A stretch of DNA of 64,000 nt from Tubulanus polymorphus (taxonomy: Eukaryota; Animalia; Nemertea): positions 4,425,950 through 4,489,949 of the forward strand of contig NC_134026.1 in assembly GCF_964204645.1 (NCBI RefSeq). Direction: 5' to 3'. Both the position numbers and the translations under genes were made by a program. Of the stretch, positions 53,021-64,000 are shown in pieces (the first letter of the stretch is position 1; every line of letters begins with the position of its first letter). Under the pieces are notes generated by a model. That model was not told the origin of the DNA. It saw nothing but the letters and a program-made list of their open reading frames with translations, and did no database searches.

Positions 53021-54399
53021 GATTCTATACGTTGTTATAGATAGCACGTATAGGCAAAGTAGACCCTTATTTGTAGTGTATTTCCTTTGATCAGATTGTG
53101 ATATGATATTCTGAGAATTATATTTATAGTGGCTTTGATGATTATGAGGCATCGTTTTTTAATCCGGAAAATGCCGCTAATGCATATTGAGATAGATACG
53201 TGCTTTTTCTTGCGCCTCATTTCATGCTTTGTCGCTCGAAAGATGAAATACGTTTTTCGTCTTTAAGTGAACGTATGGGATGATCTAATAACCATGATGC
53301 CCTGTCCAGCTATACGGAACATATCAAACATTCGGGTATTCATGGTTTTTAAAGACGATATCCTTGTTCGCGATATTCGCGAAGATTTACGGCGGCAGAA
53401 GATGCATAAATAACGCAATTCCGACGCATTCACTACGCTAACTAGCACTCAATACGCTTTTATGCGATGTACTCATATTTTTGATAAATGGGGTGAAAAA
53501 ATTGCACCGCACGAGAGAAATTAATGAGTTGTAGAAACTTCTGATATTATGCGTTAGATTGAGAATCTAACAGCGGGATTTTTCAGATCGGCAAGACGTT
53601 TCTGGCGAGACCAATAATATCAAAATTTAAATCTGGCAGTTAACCGTTTCAGTCGAAGTCATGCAACTGGATGCTAAGCAATGCTGATGAAAGGGCCTTT
53701 TGAGTTCAAATTCATATTGGGCGATTTCTTTTCTTAGTCGCATAGTGACTTTAAAAACATAATAACTACCAGGAGTCCACGGATTTCTATAAATCTTAGT
53801 TTAATGATATATACATATACATGCGACATTATGTCCCTGATTGGACTTGGGAATGCGTGATGATTTCATTCATAGCCGATGGAATTGCTCTTTTGACGTC
53901 ACAATAATCACAGGGGCATGCTTAATTATCATCATCATCAGATATAAAACATCATAACGTTTCCCCAGTTAGACATTGCCCATATACGCACTGGATATAA
54001 CGTATCCATTAGAGGTTGAATTTCCGCTTATCGAAATCTAAGTAATATTGATTGAATTCAGTACGGTAGCTCCACAATAAGGCGCTCAACTAACCAAACG
54101 AGCAAAACAACAGTTCCTATATAAAAGAGGTGCATCTTCTGGGTATAGGTTTAGCGATTGGATTAAGTAATTGTTAAAACAATGGATTCCGACCGACGTA
54201 CCCCATCGGGGCCCCCTTTTCAAAATATGAAAAATATAACCACGAAATCTTATGAAGCAAAGCAATGATTTTTTTCTCAAATTAGTAATAGCTTGGAGTT
54301 ACAACTGCTGAGACGCTTTTTCTCCTATAACATCACCAACGCCGCTGCGTCACGATCAGACGATGTGATTTACAAGGGACCTCCGATCTGAGACGTCTC

Positions 54400-54690
54400 C
54401 CTCTGAGACGCTACTGTTTTTAAATCTTGCACAATGGGAGTCTTTTTGATGCTTCGATTAATCCACTTCAGGGCCAGGTCATGATAGACGCTGGCTGTAA
54501 CACCGACATCCCTGCCTCGGTTCGTAATTGTATTGTCAATCAGTAGAGACTGAAGTAGCTTGTCTGCTGCTAGATTTACGTGCACGTATATTTATTTATT
54601 CATTTGTGCATGACCGATATATATGTTACATTCGACTGCTTCCAGAGCCGCGGTAAATCTAGCAGCATGCGCATATCAATACGCAATACG
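54400..54690 (-). mobile_element. Decayed CR1-like RT fragment (domains 1-3)
   Basis: DLPRLWKQSNVTYISVMHK (cf. GxLPxxWKxANVTPIxK), HVNLAADKLLQSLLIDNTI (cf. PVSLTSxxCKhhESIIxDxI) and KWINRSIKKTPIVQDLK, across two adjacent minus-strand ORFs. Confidence 0.62.
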
Positions 54691-57499
54691 TATCTATATG
54701 TGTGTATAATACCGAGATAGAATTCTGATTTATGGATACCTTGCGCTGTTTCGGTGTGTATAAGACCGAGTAATGCAATGATTTTATTGGCGAAATCACA
54801 TCCGTATCTCACCGAGATCAATCGTCGTTTCATCAATTCCACCATGCGGGAGAGCATGCGTGTTGTTGGGACGAACCGAAATGTATTACCTTAAATTCGT
54901 GCGCGCAAGTGCGCTGCGAGGGAGGGGTGATCGTTCGCCAAAAAGCCGAATGATGTTCAAATGAGTTCACCCAATGTTCAGGATTCAATTTAACGATCTT
55001 CATTGAATTTAATACCGCTGAGTCAAATCAATTTATAGCCGCTCACAACGATCACCTCCAGTAGAATCGAGTCTCGGTCTCGTTGCGGCGTGCCTCTAGT
55101 GGATTTAACTCAAGAGTGAAAATGAATTCATTTTCAATCAGTGAACTTCATTGGCAAAACTGAAAACACATCTGCTCCGTGTACGTAGATACTCAAATTT
55201 ATGGGAATGCGTTCCGCACTGCAGCCATGCCGATCCATCTAATTCGTGTTTGTTAGAAAGGGCTAATTAATTATCAAATGACTGATAATTATCATTTAAT
55301 TAATTTCTTTTTGTTGCTGCGGCAGTCGTTTTACGTGCATTCATTTTCGCTTGTGAACCCGTGCAAACCAAATTTTCCATAATACAATGAATTCAAGCAA
55401 AAAAATCATATATATTGCGAAGTCGTCCTACCTGGTATTTAGCGCGAAAATGCCTAGTATTCCTCAAACTTCGCACGGTTCCATTGCAAAGACCATCGAG
55501 TATGAAAATCCACGTGGAGACGTCTAGTGGCGTAATGGAACCACCAGTTACGAACAGAAATGTTGGTCGCTGTTTATTAAGAGTATTAAAACATCGATAT
55601 TTTGTTCATGCGAATTAAATTCACGACATCGAAACTGATGGCGATTTTAAATGGCACCAGTTTCGAAGAATGATTTGATGATCTACACGGCATAAAAACA
55701 CCCGGTCCGCTACGATTCGACAAATCGTCACTGCGTCGATGTAATCGACCAAGAGTAAAAAATTGATGTTATCTCGGACGAAATAAAGCCAGCTACCGTG
55801 CGCGTACGGATACCGAACAGCAATGAATAACGAACTCAGATATTTTCCGAAGAAAAAGATCGCAGAGACGACATTCGTCGGGTTTATCTGGAAACGGTGT
55901 GTGTCGTTGTCTCTCTGCTGGTGTTCAGTCGTGCATCGGAGCAACAGTGGCACGAAGCATCGTGTTTGCAGCCAACATTGATCCACCCAGAGGACAGCGT
56001 ACACGTTACTCGTTGCAGAGATATATTATGCTAATCGCCGGTACACGATTAGTTTCTGCGCTGATCGAACGACGATGAAAGACTATATCGGGACGCTTGT
56101 TTTTCTTTGCGACGGAAATAAAAGAAAACACGCACAGTGATTGGAAATAATTAATTCGAATCGATAGGTGCGCTTCCATTCGAGCGCCAACCATTTTCCA
56201 TAGCCAACTTGACTCCGCAATGGCGTACACGGCCATCATCAATATATGAGTACTGTTCGGGCTTGTTCATTGATTTTTTGTGAGACGGAAAATTGGGTTA
56301 AGGGTATTTTCTAGATCATTTATTCCTCTTATCAGAATCGTATAACAAGCAGTGGGATTAGCAGTCATTAGACCTACGAACCTGAAAATATCCAAAAGTA
56401 TAGAAATATAGCAAAATGCGCTTCTATTACGAGAAAGCATTAGGCCAACACGAATCTGAAAATATTAAAACTACAACTTGCGTTTAACCTATTGCGTGTT
56501 AGTTCAACGAGTAAGTTTGGCATTTTTTGCATCATCGATTAGCAAAAAGTTGCCAAAACACTCGGATGGTTCTGGTAATTGACTGGTGTGGGTTTGCGAC
56601 CAGCCGTGCTCCACACGAGAACTTGACGCATCTTAATCTGCGATTCTTTACACTGTTGAAAGCCTCCGAGAAATCAACAAAATGACAAAACAACAGTCAC
56701 GTGATCACATCGCCGTGATTAACTGGTAATTAGTGCCGTTTCAATTTTGCCTTCGAGCTTCAAAATCCTGTAACATATTATTTTTACGCGCACAGTCTAA
56801 ATTGAATTCCTAAACGTGCGGTGTCTAGATCGAAAATTGAAGGTGAAACATATTAGGTTACATTGTTTGACAAGCTTTGTCAGGTTTATCAGGATTCCAA
56901 TTGTTCATCTTATCACGCTCAGGCCTTTCCAATTCTTCTTAGTTCATCGCATTTATTCTACTCCATGTTTAATCGCCCCAACAAAAAAGCTTGACGCGTT
57001 CGATTCACCCAAATCCATTCGGCATAAATCGCTAGTATATCCTCGATGGCGAAGACGCTTTGTCTAAAACTCGTTCTTACGGCGGCGCATCGTTATAGGA
57101 TTTGATTAATTTTCTGACGTTCAGGACCCTTGTTTACCAGAACATGATTTAGACGTTTGTTACTGTTGATCCAGTGACCAGTCTTTGTCTGTGAGAAATG
57201 TTTCTTCTGCATCGATTGCTCGCCTCCGCAACAACCGGGGATCAAGGCGCAAGATAATGGCCTAACTATTTCCACACACAAAGCACGAAGCGACCAGTTT
57301 TAACTAATGATTATATGGCTAACTGCGTCATTAGGCTTCTCGATTAGTTTGACCAGTTCTTGGGAAACTTTGGGCATAAATTTTGCGGTATCTTTATAAC
57401 GGAAAGATATGAGGTGATGGATGATAAAATTCAAAGAGAATAAATGTTTTGAGAGCATATTTAAAACGTGAATATGACGGGTATGTCATTTGGCAAACT

Positions 57500-58000
57500 A
57501 TACTAGAGACGAATCAGGCACGAGAACCAGCAAACTTTCTAGAAAAACTAGTTCATAGATCTCAGTTTTTCTGACTGGCAGGTAATTCTGAAAGGGACGT
57601 GCCAAACCGAACAAGTAATCCTGCTTGGTAGCGGTATATTTTATTCCAATATACGTTATCGTTACAGATTTCTTGGCTACTATCATAATTGATATGATAT
57701 GATATATCAATTATGGTAGTAGCCAAGAAATCTGTATAACATCTTCAGAATATTTTTGGATCAAGAAATACTTGTATATAGTATTATAAAAAAAATGAGC
57801 TATTAACTTCAATATTTGGTTATCTTTTCGTAGAATTGAAGTACAGTGTATAATAAAGGCCTGCAAACGTTTATAATGTTTCTAAATTGATTATTTTCCG
57901 TTGTTTTTCTTTGTGATTCAGCAGGCGAATTAACTAATTGATTACATCGATTCCCCATCGCCGCTCCTCGCTGGAATAGACAAAAGTTCTTTTTCCGAGA
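57500..58000 (-). mobile_element. Decayed Penelope-like RT fragment
   Basis: NFCLFQRGAAMGNRC (GAAMG at 57967-57953; cf. PLE YxQxxGxAMG), RPLLY (cf. PxxhxRYhDD), then GIKYT (cf. IKFT) and LVFLESL (cf. hxFLDh) in the next ORF. Confidence 0.5.
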
Positions 58001-59675
58001 AGCTTTACAGTTTCGAAAAGCAGTCAAACAGTTTCGATTCGCTCGCGAAAAATCAATCGAAACAACTTACCGGCAATTGATTTCGGTAGCAGTTCGATAC
58101 TTGATGTTTACGGGAGAAATATTCGCCGAGAATGAATCATTTATTCGTTATAGACGCAGAACAAAATGAAAGAAGTTCGCTAAGTTCGTTTTTGCTTCGT
58201 TGCCAAGAAAACGATCCCTTGGCGAAATTCGGTGCCTCGTTATACTGGAAACCGTCAGTGCATTTTTCGATTATGTTCTGTTTTACTACATCCCGGCTAA
58301 ATCGACTTAAGTCATAGTATCAACAAGGAAGCTAACTTGAAAAAAACGTCCGAATCCAAACAACCCCACAATAAGTCAAAAGTTCACAAACTCCTCCTCG
58401 ACCTTTTGCGTCTTTTATGGACAGTTCCTTATTAGATAGACATGCAATTTCTGTTATGGTTTCTAGGCGTAAGTCATAGTATTAAAAATACATAAACTCT
58501 ATATGTGTTTTGATGGTACATATGTAGCCGGATATGCGGTGTTTGTAATGTGCGTAGATCTAATTTGGCTAGATCTTTTTGTACCGTAACTAGAGCGGAC
58601 AATGCGTTTCGGGAATTCTTTCGATGGAGTCGGTGTAGTCAATCATATGGCGCCTTGATTGTATATTCCTAGCAGGTTCTTTGCTTGATCAGTCACGCAA
58701 TGACCACTCACTTCATTTACATCGAATAGGAAACATCCAAACGACTTTTGATTGGCATTGTTTATTGACGTACATAATGGAAATGATGAACGGATTCGTT
58801 CGCGGAAAATTGAACATTTTCTTCTTGCGGTTAATAGAACGCCATTTAGTTACCTAAACTGCACTCTACAGATCTTTCGTGTCCTGAAGATAACTAAAGG
58901 AAATGATACGTATTGAATAATTTGCAAACGAACCAAAATACAAGAACCGATCCCATTATGAAAATGAGGTAAAATAGGAAACCAAAACAATACACTGATG
59001 TTTTCTTAACGAAGCCTTAGATGAGTAAAGCAATAGTATTACGAATGAATATCTATAAACAAAGACATCGTGTTTTACTTTGCGAATCCGATATATCCGG
59101 ATGAAGTCTTATGGCGAAAACACGTGATACGATGAAATTATTGATCGCAGCGCGTAATTATATAGCTCCGAAGAAACGTTCAGTACGAATAAGTGTAAAT
59201 TGGTCAAAATACCGAATCCCGACGTCCACATTTACATTTCCAGCATGTAATGATTACACTATCACGCAATTCTTTCTGTTCGTTAAGATCTTAAGCGAAT
59301 TTTGCGATGTGAAATGTAGACATTCCAATTTCAATCCTCACGTCGTTTTAACGTCATCATTTTTTCAAAACTATATACTTCAGATTTTTAACTTTTTAAT
59401 AAAGTTCACATGACGTTTTAATCTTATTGCAGATAAAACACGGAAAAATGTATTTCTAATCTCTACTGTGACGCAGTGAATACCGTTTTTGCGGATGATG
59501 GGCAGCTAGACATTTCTAACGATTATTGGAATTTGATGGTGTCGGACGAGTGGCACCGACAAGTCTGATCTGTCGTAAAACATATTTTTCGGCCAAACCG
59601 CTTTCTGACAGCTTTTCGCTGATCAATTTTGTCGATTTTCTGACACTTATGCCTCCAGCTTCCGCAATCGATGCA

Positions 59676-59805
59676 AAAAATTGTTATGTTTACAGCCAAC
59701 TGTAATCCAGGTCTGCTGCAACATGGCTGTTTCAGACGACGGCTTGTCATACGGCGCTTCAGGTCGGCAACGAATAGAAAATCATCGAGCGCCAAAGAGA
59801 TTTGT
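59676..59805 (-). mobile_element. Possible decayed RTE-like RT fragment (domains 5-6)
   Basis: ISLALDDFLFVADLKRRM..RL..C..PGLQLAVNITIF (cf. hxxLxFADDhhLhA..LQ..L..GLxhNxxKT). Confidence 0.45.
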
Positions 59806-60479
59806 GCTGTGTTTCTACTTAATATATTTTCGATAATCAATAAATCGAGACTCCTTTATTCATGTCGAATTATGCCATGGTGTATTGATTATCATTGTTA
59901 CTACGAGATGAATTGATGATTCTTAAAACTGAGTAGACACAACCTTAACCTCTCTAAAAATCCATCCATCATTTGAACTCGGTAAAAAATCTCGGTATAT
60001 GCAGGAATAGTATTTTTATATGGAGGGATATGAAATTATCCATATCTTAATCGCCCACGGTGTGAGTTGAATTTGGTACTGAATTCAAATTTAGATCAAT
60101 ACTATCGTTAATTATCTAATAAAGTGATTCGATTCAATTTCCGAGATTGTCAGTTACGAATGAAAAAAACCAGACGATGATCTCTACAGTGAGATAGAAA
60201 CGTCGTGTCTTATTTCTTTGAATAAATAAATTCTCGATTTTAAATTTCTTTTAATTTGGGTTTTTATCTTGTTATCCGTTCACCACGTTTGAGTGTGGTT
60301 ATTGTACTACGAATGCAATCATTTTGCCAGACAAAAAAAACAATAACCACGACCCTCCAATGCAGCCAAAATCCTCCTATTCGCCAATTCGCGCAATTAT
60401 AGGTGATTTAGAACTAGAGCTTAAACCACGATCTCCCCCGGTGTGAAGCATCCATCATTTCTGCGAACATACTGGTCAA

Positions 60480-60720
60480 AATATCCGCTTTCTTATGTGT
60501 TCCACGCTCAGTAAGTTAGTTCGGGATGTCCCTCGACACCGGAAATCTCAGGCAAAGGAAATACCCCTCATACATAGTAATGCATCGGTTGATCTAATTG
60601 GTAGTCGTCAGACGGCGTTGAAAACGAGTTTAATAGAAAGCAGCCATTTATTCTGGTCGGTTACCAGTGCGCCCGACAACACGACAATAACTGCATTTCT
60701 CGAGACGCTTCCGTCTGAAA
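60480..60720 (+). mobile_element. Possible decayed L2/CR1 RT fragment (domains 2-3)
   Basis: CSTLSKLV..LIHSN..SRQTAL..W..APDNTTITAFLE (cf. SxLSKLhE..Lh..STxTAL..W..D..hFLD). Confidence 0.45.
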
Positions 60721-62834
60721 TGATTTGTACGAGAGGCATGATTTTTACGAAATAGAAATAGTATACTCGGATGACAAATGGTACCAATTAATCAAAACGC
60801 GATACTGGAGTCGATTCTGCAACGTGTCACCGCCGCAATAACCGCAGATTGTCGACAGTTTAAACACATTAATTGTAATCTGATACCGAATCCCTGTTGA
60901 TTTGTTTCATCATTTCTCTTCCGTTTATTCACTACCTGCCGCTACTAATCGGCGAAACATTCGTGTTCTCGTTTTTTACAGGTTCCCAATCGAGAAAAAT
61001 AACTATGCCAGTCGTTTTGACGCTAGTTATGCGTGTTTTGGAAAGTCGATACAATTTCGTTTCTTCGCATCGGACTCGGTTTTTATCTACCGAACCCTCC
61101 TGGGTAGATGCGATACGAGTAACGCAGACGGAGAGATGTCTTATCAGATGATATACACATATGTATATTCACAGACGTTCGGTAAATCATAGAAAATATT
61201 CACGCGTATGGCTGGCGATCTCGGATGCATTATTCGCTAACAATGAGATCAGAAAATTGCCAATCACTGTACGCAGTCGCGATAACCTCACACAGCAACT
61301 ATAGATCAGCTTCGGCTAATTTCCTATGTGCCACATCACTTTGAAACGAATACTTTGCTGATGATGCGGGGCACAAATTATCCCCAGCAACGTTTTGTAC
61401 GTCGATATTATTGTTTTTGTCGGTGAACCACCAGACGGACATCGCTACGTGTATACTCGGTGTTGTCCATCCGTCTACATATCGACGAAAGATACGTATG
61501 TTTAGCCAACAGCCTTGTTTAGCGTATAGAAGATGGAAGGAAATGAATCATCTTGATTGACAGCACCCTCCCCTTCATTATAAATTAAACTGAACGTTTC
61601 GAAATCTTTGTTTTGTAAATTTTATGTCCGTATGGGAATCTTCTGTAAAAAGAAAAAAAATCTTGATTTCCAATTTCTAAAATGGAGTTCAAAATCAAAT
61701 CATCCATTCGTCAAACGCATGAAGCCGTTGTCGGTTTAATTATACCAGGAGCATCTACATACGAGCAGTCTCGTCTGGCAACTTAGAGATATTTTCGAAA
61801 GATTAATCACCAGAAACGTTTGATACTTCGATAACCAGTAACTGACATTTTATGAACGCTTTTTGCTGGAAAATAATAGTAATCACAGGAATGCTAACAG
61901 GGTTTTCTGTAAAGTAACTGAAAACCTTAATGAATAATCCGGTGTATATTTAACGACATAGTGATACTTCGTCTGCCATAGTCAAAACGGCAAAAACAGA
62001 TGTGTTGCACTGAATGAATTCATTTCGATGAAATCCCAGCCGTGATGAATGTACTGCGAAAAATATTCGTGACATCCAATTTCCGCCTGATTCACTTCAA
62101 TTTTTAATTGTTGATTTTCCGTGCTCAGCTTCGTAGATGCGTGAAAATGAAATAATTCATAAATCCGCGCCTTCAAGCTGCCATCTGAATGAATAACTGA
62201 AATTTTCAATACTCCTTAGATTAACGAGGATAAGGAAAAGAATTTGAAATTTGCAATACCCACTTCTAATTACCTTTCCTAACATCGATTGCGGGTGTGG
62301 CAAAAATTTCATTTCTCATTGTAGCGTAAGAAAATATCTACAAATGTTGTCGTGTTTCTTGTCAGGAAATGCGAATTGTCTCTTTTTCGATTGCAAATAT
62401 ACCGGGTGTACCGGGCGCACTGTTCAGTAATGTTTAAATCGCTAATGTTCTGTCGTCGAGCAAACGGATGTCGAAACATGTCGGTCGAAGAAAAACACCT
62501 GCCCCCGAACGTATCAAGACGAAATAAACTCTATAGCTGCCGCAAGAGAACGATAATATCTCCTAATGGACCACAACTAGAAATCAAGAAGCTGTGCAAA
62601 CACGGTTGAGTATGAGCTTTTATGTTCTTTATCGCAAATTTACCGTTAAGAAGGACCCGCGTATACACCGTACCAACGGCCATTTTTGGTACGTATATTG
62701 GCTCTAGTCATACGCGTCTAATATGAAATCGTTCGACGCTGTTTTCACGATACTACAAAAGCCATCTGTCAAAACGACCCCTAATCTATTACCTTTAGCG
62801 GAAGGCGGTGAAATCGGTAACAATGACGGGGTTG

Positions 62835-63070
62835 CAGTTAGACTTTAAACGGAATGAACGGATGCGAACGGTAGCTATTTATATTGACTTGTCCGACGCA
62901 CTAACGAGCCGAGAGAGACGCTTGGTCCTATTTAAAGGTCACGTTTCAATACATACCATAATCGAGAACCTGGAAACGGAAATTCGAGAGCATTTAATGC
63001 TTCATATTGAATATTACACAACGTTACGGAGACTAATGAAACTTATTGATACTTTTACAAGAAATGACTG
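62835..63070 (+). mobile_element. Decayed LINE RT fragment (domain 3 region)
   Basis: TVAIYIDLSDALTSRERRLVLFK at 62868 (cf. hAhFhDLSKAFDxVxHxhLLxK) and IREHLMLHIEYYTTLRR (cf. GIRGxLLxWIxSYLxxR). Confidence 0.65.
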
Positions 63071-64000
63071 AGTATACGACCGATTCAAGTAGGCTATACT
63101 GCATAAATGTCACAAAAAGATGTACGTATTATCGACGGAGCCATTTACGATCGAAGGATCATCCTCCCACGCGGGATTGGAACATGGCCAAAGTTTCAAG
63201 TCCCCGCGAGGGAGGATGGAAGAGATTAAAGCTTAATCCAGAAATGCTTATCTAAGAATTCCTTCGGGGTATTGATACAATGAGGGATCGGGAAAAAGAA
63301 CAGCTACCGTATACGTAAGAACGTGTGAGATCCTCTGGAAAGAAAATTATTTAATAAGTCGTATATTCGTCGTAAAATTAGTTTGTTTATGATGCGATTT
63401 GGGTTAACGACGATTTTACGACGGCTAAATGGCAGTACATTTTGTAGCAATTTGTAAAAGTGAAAACCGTGAGAAATGGCGAATACTATATTGGATGCAT
63501 GGTTCATCAGAGTGTGTCTTCATTTTATAACCCCCCTGAGAATGTATTTGTGATTGGATTGCGCAACTCGTAATAAATCACCCTTTTTTCGTGTTTCCAT
63601 GTAGTTGGTGCACTACGTACATGATTTTTCCTTTGTGATATACGTAACTTCTATCAAATACGAAACAACGAAATTAATAGTTTTTTTAAGGATTTTATCT
63701 ATACGTCAGATACTACATTGTAATTGGTTCAAATGACCTTAGTCCTTTAGGGTATTCATTTTTATGTAGGTACATGTATAATATATTCTTCAAACAGTAA
63801 TTTGTAAGACACTAAACCCATAAACCACTGATCGTTTTAGCCCTGGGACTGCTAGAAGTGATGCCAATATAATGGCAACACGTAATAGGTGGAACTTATA
63901 CGCATTAAACAGAACAATTACAAATTCATTAGTGAATGAATGGGGCACAACAAATAAACTAACGCGAGCGAAAATCAATAGAAGAAAACCACAAAATAGG

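Noticed and set aside
61358-61397. Hammerhead-like CTGATGA-T-GCGGGG..CCCCAGC-AACGTT
   Set aside because: Lacks the GAAA core and helix I; at best a decayed copy.
1-64000. All six-frame ORFs as intact genes
   Set aside because: All are 127 aa or shorter, overlap randomly, and are either unrecognisable or TE/pseudogene remnants.

Overview
This window reads as eukaryotic, probably invertebrate metazoan, non-coding DNA (intergenic or one very large intron). It is AT-rich by eye, CpG is not visibly depleted, no ORF exceeds 127 aa, and I see no operons, rRNA, tRNA or CRISPR-cas. I found no intact protein-coding gene. What can be read is a transposon fossil record. (1) A young Penelope-like (PLE) insertion at 42490-42750: a 108-bp near-perfect inverted repeat with a minimal hammerhead ribozyme on each strand, a 36-nt one-sided tail and a 13-bp flanking direct repeat. 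(2) A fairly young 5'-truncated CR1/L2-group LINE 3' end at about 38215-38810, and a second LINE tail near 9.0 kb. (3) More than a dozen decayed RT, APE-endonuclease or PHD fragments of retroelements, recognised only by manual translation and motif matching. (4) Several MITE families (Tigger/pogo-like, P-like, CAG-ended, Harbinger-like, foldback). (5) A decayed Ser/Thr protein-kinase-like pseudogene at about 30.45-31.1 kb. (6) An unexplained ~64-bp-period array of covarying hairpins at 10.1-10.4 kb. All family assignments come from motif recognition by eye and need HMM/Dfam confirmation. I do not see strong evidence for a wholly new system; the hairpin array and the double-hammerhead palindrome most deserve follow-up.
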